From contig VBKI01000093.1 in assembly GCA_005879535.1 (NCBI GenBank), forward strand, positions 16,981 through 80,980: a DNA stretch of 64,000 bases, given 5' to 3'. The translations under genes were made by a program, and so were the position numbers. The notes under the pieces were generated by a model that worked only from the letters and a program-made list of their open reading frames with translations, had not been told where the DNA came from and did not search any database. The stretch is from Deltaproteobacteria bacterium (GTDB lineage Bacteria > Myxococcota > Myxococcia > Myxococcales > 40CM-4-68-19). Of the stretch, positions 6,692 to 16,058 are shown piece after piece. How positions within the stretch are numbered: position 1 is the first letter of the stretch; the number at the start of each line of letters is the position of its first letter.

Positions 6692-9112
6692 ATGCTGAAG
6701 GATCTCTTCTACGCACTTCGCGCCCTCCGCCGCAGCCCCGGATTCGCCGTGGCGGCCGTGCTTTCGCTCGCGCTCGGGCTCGGCGCGAACACGGCGCTCT
6801 TCTCCGCCGTCGACGCGGTGCTGCTGCGTCCGCTGCCCTATCGCGATCCGGAGCGCCTGGTGATGGTCTGGTCGGTGACCTCCGCATATCCGCAGATGAA
6901 CGTGGCGCTGCCCGATTTCCAGGCGTACCGGGATCGCACGCAGTCGTTCGCGACCATGGCGGCGTACTACTCGACCCGGCGCAACGTCGGGGTCGCCGGC
7001 GGCGAGCCCGAGCGGGTCCTGATGGACCGGACGACCCATGAGCTCCCTTCTGCGCTCGGCTTCCAGCCGCGGCTCGGCCGCTTCTTCACGGCCGAGGAGG
7101 AGCAATGGGGCCGGCATCAAGTGCTGGTGCTCTCGCACCGGTTCTGGATGCGGCACTTCGCCGGCGATCCCGGCGTGCTGGGAAAGTCGGTCACGCTCGA
7201 CGGTGAACCCTGGACGGTGATCGGCGTGATGCCGCAGGGATTCACCTTCGACGATCCTTCCATCGAGCTGTGGGCGCCGATCTCGTTCAAGCCCGACAGC
7301 GACATGCTCACCCGCGGAAACCATTTTACGCAGGTGATCGCGCGGCTCAAGCCTTCTGTGAGTCTCGAAAGCGCGCAGAAGGACCTCACCCGCGTCGCCG
7401 ATGCGCTCGCGCGCGAGTTCGCGAACAACGTGGGGCAGGGCGCCGCCCTGCAACCGCTCCGCGAAGCAATGTCCGGCGCCTTCCGTCCGGCGCTGCTGCT
7501 GCTGCTCGGAGCGGTGGCGATGGTGCTCCTGATCGCCTGCGCGAACCTGGCTAACCTCCTGCTTGCCCGGGGTGCTGCGCGGGGTCGCGAGATCGCCGTG
7601 CGCGCAGCCCTCGGCGCGACGCGCACCCGGCTGGTCCGGCAGCTCCTGACCGAAAGCGTGATTCTCGCGCTCGCCGGTGGAGCGCTGGGCTGCGCCTGCG
7701 CGGTCTGGGCGCTCAGCGGCATCTCCGCGCTCGGCGGCGACGTCCTCGCCCAGCTCCCGCCCTTGCGGCTAGACCTGCGCGTGCTCGCGTTCGCGGTCGC
7801 GCTCTCCCTCGTCACCGGCGTCGCGTTTGGCCTCGCTCCGGCCCTGCTCCTGTCGCGCCATTCCCTCTCCGAAGCGCTCAAGGACGGCACCGCCACCGTG
7901 TCACCACGGACGGGCCGGCTGCGCTCGGCGCTGGTCGTGGCGGAGGTCGCGCTCTCGGTGGTCCTCCTCGCCGGCGCCGGGCTCCTCCTGCGCAGCCTCC
8001 GTGCCCTGAACCACCTCGATCCGGGGTTCCGGGTGGAGCAGGTGATCACGGCCAACCTGCAGCTTCCGCTGCGCAGATATCCCGACGATGCTGCGCGGCT
8101 CGCTTTCGCGCGCAAGACGATCGACGCGGTGACCGCGTTGCCCGGGGTCGCATCGGTGGGCGTCGGCTCCAACGTGCCGATGTCGAACAACAGCTGGGGC
8201 AAATGGATCAGCGCCGAAGGCGAGCCGGAGCCCGCCAACCTGGACGCGGTGGCGAACTGCCTCTTCCAGCTCGTCACCGGGGACTACTTCCGGACTCTGG
8301 GAATGCAGCTCGTGCGCGGCCGCTTTCCCGACGATCCGAAGGAACCCGCCATCGTGCTCAACGAGACCGCCGCGCGGAAGCTCTTCGGCGTCAAGGAAGC
8401 CATCGGACGACGCGTCTGGCTGGGTCCGCCAGAGCGGTTCCTGCCCGATCAGACGCGGCCGTTTCCCAGGTACACGGTGGTCGGCCTCATCCGCGACGTC
8501 CGGTCGGGCGGTCTCGCCCGAGTCCCGCGCGCGGAAGCGTGGCTGCGGCAGGAGCAGAGCGACGAAGGCGGGAACAGCCTGTATGTGATCGCCCGTTTCG
8601 GCGGCGCATCTGCCCCGCTGATCAAGGCGCTGCGCGACGCGATCCGCGCGATCGATCCCGAGCAGGCCGTCGCGGACGTGAAGACGATGGCGGACCGCGT
8701 GGGAGCGTCGGTCACCCAGGAACGCTTCAGCGCTTTCCTGCTCGCGCTCTTCGCCTCGCTCGCCCTGACTCTCGCAGTCCTGGGTATCTACGCGGTGATG
8801 GCATACACGGTGGCGCAGCGGACGCGCGAGATTGGCGTGCGGATGGCGCTCGGTGCGGCCGGGCGCGACGTCCTGCGCCTGGTCTTCACGCGCGGGTTCC
8901 GGCTGATCGGCGCGGGGCTGGTCATCGGCCTCGTCGGCTCGATGATTGCGTCGCGCGTTCTCGGCGCGCTGCTCTTCGGTGTCTCGGCGACCGATCCGGG
9001 CACCTTTGCAGCCGTTGTCGCCATCCAGGCAAGCGTCGCTGCGGCTGCGCTCTACCTGCCCGCACGCCGGGCGTCACGGTTGCACCCCGCAGTGGCCTTG
9101 CGGACGGAGTAG
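6692..9112 (+). CDS. ABC transporter permease, ADOP-type duplicated MacB/FtsX permease
   Basis: ATG at 6692 with GGAG 7 nt upstream. N-terminus MLKDLFYALRALRRSPGFAVAAVLSLALGLGANTA. Two FtsX/MacB_PCD repeats. C-terminus ...LPARRASRLHPAVALRTE. Confidence 0.9.
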   Translation: MLKDLFYALRALRRSPGFAVAAVLSLALGLGANTALFSAVDAVLLRPLPYRDPERLVMVWSVTSAYPQMNVALPDFQAYRDRTQSFATMAAYYSTRRNVGVAGGEPERVLMDRTTHELPSALGFQPRLGRFFTAEEEQWGRHQVLVLSHRFWMRHFAGDPGVLGKSVTLDGEPWTVIGVMPQGFTFDDPSIELWAPISFKPDSDMLTRGNHFTQVIARLKPSVSLESAQKDLTRVADALAREFANNVGQGAALQPLREAMSGAFRPALLLLLGAVAMVLLIACANLANLLLARGAARGREIAVRAALGATRTRLVRQLLTESVILALAGGALGCACAVWALSGISALGGDVLAQLPPLRLDLRVLAFAVALSLVTGVAFGLAPALLLSRHSLSEALKDGTATVSPRTGRLRSALVVAEVALSVVLLAGAGLLLRSLRALNHLDPGFRVEQVITANLQLPLRRYPDDAARLAFARKTIDAVTALPGVASVGVGSNVPMSNNSWGKWISAEGEPEPANLDAVANCLFQLVTGDYFRTLGMQLVRGRFPDDPKEPAIVLNETAARKLFGVKEAIGRRVWLGPPERFLPDQTRPFPRYTVVGLIRDVRSGGLARVPRAEAWLRQEQSDEGGNSLYVIARFGGASAPLIKALRDAIRAIDPEQAVADVKTMADRVGASVTQERFSAFLLALFASLALTLAVLGIYAVMAYTVAQRTREIGVRMALGAAGRDVLRLVFTRGFRLIGAGLVIGLVGSMIASRVLGALLFGVSATDPGTFAAVVAIQASVAAAALYLPARRASRLHPAVALRTE

Positions 9113-9118
9113 GGCATC

Positions 9119-9134
9119 TGTCCGGAAATGGGAC
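9119..9134 (+). promoter_or_regulatory. candidate enhancer/UAS inverted repeat TGTCCGGAAATGGGAC (second copy)
   Basis: 15 of 16 positions identical to 6489-6504. About 61 nt upstream of the -24 element at 9187. Confidence 0.35.
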
Positions 9135-9186
9135 GACCTTTCCCCGCCCCGGTCACGCAGGGCAGTAATCCCCCTCTGGAGTGGCT

Positions 9187-9202
9187 TGGCACGGACTTCG
9201 CT
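9187..9202 (+). promoter_or_regulatory. sigma-54 (-24/-12) promoter candidate TGGCACGGACTTCGCT
   Basis: 14 of 16 positions identical to 6555-6570. GG at 9188-89 and GC at 9200-01 have canonical spacing. Confidence 0.55.
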
Positions 9203-9217
9203 CAAATGGATCATCCG

Positions 9218-10503
9218 ATGCAGCCAGAGATCTCCAGGATGGAACCGCGCACGAGCGTGGTGGACATTCCGCGCAAACCGCGGAACACGCGGAAGCGCAA
9301 CCTGATCATTGGCGTCAGCGTCGCGGCGGCGCTGGCGGCGATCACGTTCGGCCTTTCCAGGCTGCGAGCGGCGGCGCCCGTCGTGGACCGCTCCGGCCTG
9401 TGGACGGACACGGTGAAGCGCGGCCCGATGCTGCGCGAGGTCAAAGGCCCGGGGACTCTGGTTCCCGAGCAGATCCGTCTGATCACCGCGGACACCGCGG
9501 GCCGCGTGGAGCGGATCCCTCTGCGGCCGGGCGCGCAGGTCGAGCCCGGAACGGTGTTGATGGAGCTGTCCAACCCGGACGTGATGCTGCAGGCGCTCGA
9601 TGCCGAGCGCCAGCTCGCCCAGGCGCAGGCAGACCTGATCAACCTCCGCGCCACCGCCGACGGCAACACGCTCATCACGCGCTCCGGACTCGCCACGCTC
9701 GAGGCCCAGGCCGCCGATGCGCAGCGTCGCGCCAAGGCCGATCAGAAGCTGGCGCAGGACGGCGTGATCAGCGAAGTGGAGGCGCGGCAGCAGATGGAGC
9801 GCGCGCAAGAGCTGACGAGCCGTCTCGAGATCGAGCGCAAGCGACTTGGCGTCGTCGCGGGCAGCGGCAAGGAGCAGGTGGCCGCGCAGATGGCGCAGAT
9901 CGAGCGGCTGAAGGCCGTGGTCGCCTTCCGGCGCAAGCAGGTCGATTCGATGAAGGTGCGCTCCATCGATCGCGGCGTCCTCTCCGAGCTGCCGCTGGAG
10001 CTGGGGCAGTGGGTGACGCCCGGCGCGCTCCTCGCCAAGGTGGTGCAGCCGGAACGGCTCAAGGCGGTGCTGCGCATCCCGGAGACGCAGGCGCGCGATC
10101 TCGCGCTCCATCTTTCCGCCGTCGTGGATACCCGAAACGGCGTGGTCAAAGGCGACGTCTCCCGGATCTCTCCTTCGGCGAACCAGGGGTCGGTCGAGGT
10201 GGACGTGTCCCTTCCCGCCGAGCTCCCTCGTGGCGCGCGGCCGGACCTGACCGTGGAAGGCACCATCGAGATCGAGAAGCTGCAGAACGTTCTCTTCGTC
10301 GGACGACCCGCGGGCGCGCAGCCCGGTGGCCAGACCGAGCTGTTCCGGCTGATCAAGGGAGGCGACGAGGCGCACCGGGTGAAGGTGCGGCTCGGCCGCA
10401 GCTCCGTCAGCACCGTGGAAGTGATCGACGGCCTCGCAGAGGGCGACGCCGTGATCCTCTCCGACATGTCCCAGTGGGACTCTACCGACCGTGTGAGGCT
10501 CCG

Positions 10504-10507
<4 letters not shown>
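9218..10507 (+). CDS. efflux RND/HlyD-family periplasmic adaptor (MacA-like)
   Basis: N-terminal TM anchor (RKRNLIIGVSVAAALAAITFG), coiled-coil middle and beta-barrel C-terminus, typical of HlyD_D23 adaptors. The start is uncertain (9206, 9218 or 9239). The 9128 start in the track would place the sigma-54 promoter inside the gene. Confidence 0.8.
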
Positions 10508-11199
<692 letters not shown>

Positions 11200-11205
11200 G
11201 GCCCG

Positions 11206-11390
11206 ATGGTGAGCGACCTCAAGTTCGCGGCGCGCACCTTGAGGCAGGCAATCCGCGTCGCCCGCAGGGCGGGAATGCCGCTCGCGCCGAGCGCGACGAC
11301 GCCGAGGAGCTCGGCAATGGCGAGGTAGGTACCGTGGACAATTCCGAGTCCCGCGAACTCGATCCGATGACTGCCCTGCGAACGGAGTGA
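11206..11390. pseudogene. scrambled ADOP-permease remnant (N-terminal piece, inverted C-terminal helix, terminal tail)
   Basis: Plus strand 11206-: MVSDLKFAARTLRQ (ADOP N-terminus-like). Minus strand ~11330-11250: TYLAIAELLGVVALGASGIPALRATRI, which matches the permease-2 C-terminus LTYAVIAALLGLVAVAASGVPALRATRI. Plus strand 11361-11390: DPMTALRTE*. The three pieces lie in different frames and strands. Confidence 0.5.
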
Positions 11391-11395
11391 ACTTC

Positions 11396-13804
11396 ATGGA
11401 TCAACTGCTTCGCGATCTCCGCTTTGCGCTGCGCGCCCTCTGGCGAACCAAGGGCTTCACCGCCGCCGCGGTGATCGCCCTGGCTTTGGGCATCGGCGCC
11501 ACGACTGCCATCTTCAGCGTGGTGAATTCCGTGCTGTTGCGTTCTTTCGGCTGGGGCGACGAGAGCCGGCTCGTCTCGGTCTACCGCACTTACGTGGGTA
11601 TCGGGAGCGGCAAGGGAGGGCTTTCCGTCCCCGAGCTCTATGATCTGCCGCAGGCGCAGTCGCTGGAAAGTGTCGGGTCGTTCAACGCCGGGTCGGCGGC
11701 GCTGCAGGGTACTGACCGGGCGGAGCGGGTGCCGGTTGCGCGGGTGACCTCCGGCTTCTTCAGCGCGCTCGGCGTGCGTCCGCAGCTCGGTCGTGCGTTC
11801 GGCCCCGACGAAGATCTCCAGGGCAACGACGCGGTGGCGCTGCTGAGCGCCACTGCGTTTCGCCGGCGATTCGGCGGCGATCCCGGAACGGTCGGACGAT
11901 CGGTGACGCTCGACGGCCGGAGCCGCCGGATCATCGGCATCTTGCCGGACGGCTTCGCCTTCAACGGCGCGCATGAGTTCTTCATCCCGTACGGCTTTAC
12001 CCAGAACGACCGGCTCGTCGACCGCGGGGCGCATTACCTCCTCACCGTCGCGAAGCTGCGCGCCGGCGTGCGGCGGGATGCCGCCAACAAGGAGATCGAG
12101 CAGCTTTCGATCCGCATCGCGAAGGAACACCCGAACAACTACCCGCCCGAATTCCAGTCCATGCTCCATGTGGAGCCTCTGCGCGATCGCTTCGTGGCTT
12201 CTTCCCGCGAGCCCATCCTGGTGTTGTTCGGAGCCGTGCTCCTGGTGCTCTTGATCGCCTGCGGAAACGTCGCGAACCTCCTGCTCGCACGATCCGCGGG
12301 GCGCGAGCGGGAGTTCGCGCTGCGGGCGGCGCTCGGGGCGGAGCGGTCGCGCATCGTCCGCCAGCTCCTCACCGAGGGCCTGCTGCTCGCGGCGGCAGGC
12401 GCCGTGCTCGGGGTCCTGCTCGCGGCCTGGGGACTCGACGTGCTCCTCGCCGTGGCTCCCCGTCAGATCCGCCAGCTCGGAGACGTCCGCGTCGACGGAT
12501 CCGTGCTCGCTTTCTCGGCAGGGCTGACGGTCGCGACCACGCTCGTGTTCGCGCTGGTGCCGGCGCTGCGGGCCAGCCGCGTCGACCTCGCGGCGTCGCT
12601 GAAGGAAGGTGGCCGCGGCACCGGCGGCGTGCCGGCGGCGCGCCTGCGCACGGCGCTCGTGATCGCGCAGGTGGCGATCTGCCTGTTCCTCCTGGTGGGG
12701 GCAGGGCTGCTGCTGCGCAGCTTCGCGCGCATCCTGCACGTCTCACCCGGGTTCGACGTGGAAGGCGCCATCGCCGCGGACCTTGCGCCCGCCGGACCCG
12801 CGTACGCAGACGCCGACGTGCGCGAACGTTATTTCGAGCAAGGCTTGCGCGCTGCCGCGGCGCTTCCGGGCGTGACCGCGGTGGGAGCAAACCTCATCCT
12901 TCCCACCCGCGGTAGGTTCGGGCAGACCATCGAAATCGAGGGATACGAGCGGGCCAGCGGGGAGCCGTGGCCGACCGACGAATTCCGCGCGGTACTGCCA
13001 GGATACTTCGTTGCGATGCGGCAGCGCATCCTGGCGGGCCGGGACTTCTCCGCCGCGGACGACGCGAAGGCGCCGCTGGTGGTCCTCGTGAATGATGCGT
13101 GGGCGCGCCGCTATTTTCCGGGCAAAGAGGTCGTCGGGCGGCGCATCAAGATCGACACCGAGCGGCATCGCGACGCTTGGTGGACCATCGTCGGCGTGGT
13201 GAGCGATGCCCGGGAGTACGGGCTCGACGAGGCGGTGCCGCCGGTCTTCTATTACTCCGCTCCGCAGGAACCGCCCGATCAGATGACGCTGGTGGTGCGC
13301 GGCCGGATCACCCCGGCGGCGGTCCGGCAGGCGCTGTCGCGCGTCGACCCGGCACAACCCGTCGATCGCGTGCTGCCGCTCGAGGACGTGCTCGCGAGCT
13401 CGCTCGCGGTCAGGAGATTTCCTCTGCAATTGCTCGCCGCGTTCGCCGCGCTTGCGCTGCTCCTCTCCGCGGTCGGGATCTACGGCGTCACCTCGTACGC
13501 TGTCGCCCAGCGGACCCGGGAGATCGGCGTGCGGATGGCGGTGGGCGCTTCCGCTGCGAGCGTGATGCGGATGGTGCTGAGCGGTGCGCTGCGCACGGTG
13601 GTCGCGGGCATCTGCGTCGGGGCCGTCGCTGCGCTCGCCGGATCGAAGCTGATCGCTTCCCAGCTCTACGGAATCAGCGCCCGGGATCCGCTCACGTACG
13701 CGGTGATCGCCGCGCTTCTCGGGCTCGTTGCCGTCGCCGCCAGCGGTGTCCCGGCGCTGCGGGCGACGCGGATCGATCCGATGGCTGCCCTCCGGGCGGA
13801 GTGA
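11396..13804 (+). CDS. ABC transporter permease, ADOP-type duplicated MacB/FtsX permease
   Basis: ATG at 11396 with GGAG 8 nt upstream. N-terminus MDQLLRDLRFALRALWRTKGFTAAAVIALALGIGATTA. Duplicated FtsX architecture. C-terminus ...VPALRATRIDPMAALRAE. Confidence 0.9.
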   Translation: MDQLLRDLRFALRALWRTKGFTAAAVIALALGIGATTAIFSVVNSVLLRSFGWGDESRLVSVYRTYVGIGSGKGGLSVPELYDLPQAQSLESVGSFNAGSAALQGTDRAERVPVARVTSGFFSALGVRPQLGRAFGPDEDLQGNDAVALLSATAFRRRFGGDPGTVGRSVTLDGRSRRIIGILPDGFAFNGAHEFFIPYGFTQNDRLVDRGAHYLLTVAKLRAGVRRDAANKEIEQLSIRIAKEHPNNYPPEFQSMLHVEPLRDRFVASSREPILVLFGAVLLVLLIACGNVANLLLARSAGREREFALRAALGAERSRIVRQLLTEGLLLAAAGAVLGVLLAAWGLDVLLAVAPRQIRQLGDVRVDGSVLAFSAGLTVATTLVFALVPALRASRVDLAASLKEGGRGTGGVPAARLRTALVIAQVAICLFLLVGAGLLLRSFARILHVSPGFDVEGAIAADLAPAGPAYADADVRERYFEQGLRAAAALPGVTAVGANLILPTRGRFGQTIEIEGYERASGEPWPTDEFRAVLPGYFVAMRQRILAGRDFSAADDAKAPLVVLVNDAWARRYFPGKEVVGRRIKIDTERHRDAWWTIVGVVSDAREYGLDEAVPPVFYYSAPQEPPDQMTLVVRGRITPAAVRQALSRVDPAQPVDRVLPLEDVLASSLAVRRFPLQLLAAFAALALLLSAVGIYGVTSYAVAQRTREIGVRMAVGASAASVMRMVLSGALRTVVAGICVGAVAALAGSKLIASQLYGISARDPLTYAVIAALLGLVAVAASGVPALRATRIDPMAALRAE

Positions 13805-13808
13805 GACG

Positions 13809-13946
13809 ATGGATACGCTGCTGCGCGATTTCCGGTTTGCCGGCGATTCCAGAGTCATCGGGCGGACGCTGACCATGGCGGCGAGCTGGCTGCCCGCGCG
13901 TCGCGCCACCCGGGTGGACCCGGCAGTGGCGCTGAGGTCGGAATAA
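13809..13946 (+). pseudogene. ADOP-permease ghost gene (45 codons, two in-frame internal deletions)
   Basis: MDTLLRDFRFA|GDSRVIGRTLT|MAASWLPARRATRVDPAVALRSE*. The three pieces correspond to the N-terminus, the conserved periplasmic F[AG]GDPxVxG[RK]xVTLDG block, and the C-terminal tail of the neighbouring permeases. Confidence 0.5.
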
Positions 13947-14047
13947 TGGCCGTCCTGGGCATGCTGCTGGTCGTCCTTGCCGCGGCGCAGGTCTGCGCGG
14001 CCGCGGTGATCGCAGTGGGCGCATTGCTGGCCCGGAGCTTGAGATGA
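13946..14047 (+). CDS. 33-aa hydrophobic mini-ORF, possibly another FtsX-helix fragment
   Basis: MAVLGMLLVVLAAAQVCAAAVIAVGALLARSLR*. TAATG overlap with the upstream ghost gene and ATGA overlap with the downstream ATPase start. Resembles the ...AVLLVLLIAC.NVANLLLARS helix of the full-length permeases. Confidence 0.3.
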   Translation: MAVLGMLLVVLAAAQVCAAAVIAVGALLARSLR

Positions 14048-14706
14048 TCCGACTGCGCAACATCGAGAAAGCGATCAAGCAGGGCGCCGGGCAGATCTTC
14101 CTGCTCCGGCGCATCGACCTGGAGATCGCCGCCGGGGAGTTCGTGACGGTGATGGGTCCGTCGGGAGCCGGGAAGAGCACCTTGCTCGCCATCGTCGGGC
14201 TCCTCGATCACGCCTGGACCGGCGAATACGAGCTGTTCGGCGAGCAGGTGCACAAGCTGAACGCCAGGCAACGCGCGGAGCTGGCGAAACGCACCATCGG
14301 CTTCGTCTTCCAGCAGTACCACCTGCTCGACTCGCTCACGGTGGCAGAAAACCTGGAGGTGCCGCTCAGCTACCGCGACATGAAGTCGTCGGAGCGGCAG
14401 GCGCTGGTCGCGGATACGCTCGATCGCTTCGCGATCGTGGCGAAGAAGGACCTCTATCCAACCCAGCTCTCGGGTGGACAGCAGCAGCTCGTGGGCGTGG
14501 CGCGCGCGGTGATCGCCAAACCGAAGCTCTTGCTCGCGGACGAGCCCACGGGCAACCTGCACTCCGAGCAGGGCGAGGAGATCATGCGGCTGTTCCGCGA
14601 GCTCAACCGGCAGGGAACGACGATCGTGCAGGTGACGCATTCGGAAGTGAACGCCGGATACGGCAACCGTGTGGTGCGGTTGCGGGACGGTTGGATCGCG
14701 GCGTGA
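14044..14706 (+). CDS. ABC transporter ATP-binding protein (MacB/LolD family)
   Basis: Walker A GPSGAGKST, signature LSGGQQQL, Walker B LLADEPT, H-loop VTHS. Confidence 0.9.
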   Translation: MIRLRNIEKAIKQGAGQIFLLRRIDLEIAAGEFVTVMGPSGAGKSTLLAIVGLLDHAWTGEYELFGEQVHKLNARQRAELAKRTIGFVFQQYHLLDSLTVAENLEVPLSYRDMKSSERQALVADTLDRFAIVAKKDLYPTQLSGGQQQLVGVARAVIAKPKLLLADEPTGNLHSEQGEEIMRLFRELNRQGTTIVQVTHSEVNAGYGNRVVRLRDGWIAA

Positions 14707-16058
14707 CCCGGATCATCGCCGCCGACGATCAGCCCGACGTGCTCGAAGCGCTCCGGCTGCTGCTCAAGCGCGAGAGCATGGCCATGGTGCCGGCGACGTC
14801 TCCCGCGGGGGTGCTCTCGGCGCTCGAGCACGAGGACTTCGACGCGGCGCTCATCGACCTGAACTACGCCCGCGACACCACCAGCGGTGGCGAGGGGCTC
14901 GATCTGCTTTCGCGGCTTCGCACGCTCGATCCGACGCTGCCCATCGTGGTGATGACGGCCTGGGGCAGCGTGGAAGGGGCCGTGGAAGCGATGCGCCGCG
15001 GCGCCCGCGACTACGTGCAGAAACCGTGGGACAACGCCCGTCTGCTCGCCACGCTGCGGACGCAGGTCGAGTTGGGACGCGCCTTGCGCCGGAGCCGGCG
15101 CCTCGAGGAGGAAAACTCGCGGCTTCGCGGCAACGTGCCGCAGATGATCGCCCGGTCGCCGGCGATGCAGTCGGTGCTGCGCGTCCTCGAGAAGATCGCG
15201 CCCAGCGAAGCGAACGTGCTGATCACCGGCGAGCACGGGACCGGAAAGGAAGTAGTCGCCCGATACATCCACTCCGCGTCGAAGCGTGCCGGCCGGCCGC
15301 TGGTCACGGTCAACGCGGGCGGCGTCGCCGAAGGTGTCTTCGAGAGCGAGCTGTTCGGCCACCTCCGGGGCGCGTTCACCGATGCGAAGACCGACCGCGC
15401 CGGCGCCTTCGAGGTGGCCGACGGCGGCACGCTGTTCCTCGACGAGGTCGGCAACATGCCCATGCAGCAGCAGGCGAAGCTGCTGCGGGTCCTGCAGACG
15501 GGAGAGTTCACGCCGGTGGGGTCGAGCAAGGTGAAGCGCGCCGACGTGCGCGTCCTCACCGCCACCAATGCCCGCCTCCACGACGAGGTCGGGCAGGGCC
15601 GGTTCCGCGAGGATCTGCTCTACCGGCTCAACACCGTGGAGGTGCAGCTTCCGCCGCTGCGCGACCGCCTCGACGACATTCCCCAGCTGGCGCAGTTCTT
15701 CCTCAAGCGCATCGTCGAGCGCGGCGCGACGCCTGCTCGCCGGTTCTCCGCGGATGCGCTGCACGCGCTCGTCCGACATCCCTGGCGCGGCAACGTCCGC
15801 GAGTTGGAGCACGCCGTGGAGCGCGCGGTGCTGCTCGCGTCCGGCGAGGAGATCGGTCCGCAGGACCTGTTCCTCGGCGCAACTCCCCACGGGGCCGCCC
15901 TGATCGAGCGGATGACGCTCGACGATGCGGAGCGGCACCTGATCCAGCGCGCGCTGGCCCGCTGCGGCGGCAACGTCAGCGACGCGGCGAGAGAGCTCGG
16001 CCTGTCGCGCAGCGCCCTCTATCGCCGGCTGCAGCACCATGGTTTGAAAGCTTCGTGA
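14703..16058 (+). CDS. sigma-54-dependent response regulator (NtrC family: REC-AAA+-HTH)
   Basis: GTG at 14703 forms a GTGA overlap with the ATPase stop (alternative TTG at 14691). Receiver domain, AAA+ Walker A GEHGTGKE, sigma-54 contact loop GAFTDA (consensus GAFTGA), C-terminal Fis-type [24 protein letters not shown]. Confidence 0.9.
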   Translation: MTRIIAADDQPDVLEALRLLLKRESMAMVPATSPAGVLSALEHEDFDAALIDLNYARDTTSGGEGLDLLSRLRTLDPTLPIVVMTAWGSVEGAVEAMRRGARDYVQKPWDNARLLATLRTQVELGRALRRSRRLEEENSRLRGNVPQMIARSPAMQSVLRVLEKIAPSEANVLITGEHGTGKEVVARYIHSASKRAGRPLVTVNAGGVAEGVFESELFGHLRGAFTDAKTDRAGAFEVADGGTLFLDEVGNMPMQQQAKLLRVLQTGEFTPVGSSKVKRADVRVLTATNARLHDEVGQGRFREDLLYRLNTVEVQLPPLRDRLDDIPQLAQFFLKRIVERGATPARRFSADALHALVRHPWRGNVRELEHAVERAVLLASGEEIGPQDLFLGATPHGAALIERMTLDDAERHLIQRALARCGGNVSDAARELGLSRSALYRRLQHHGLKAS

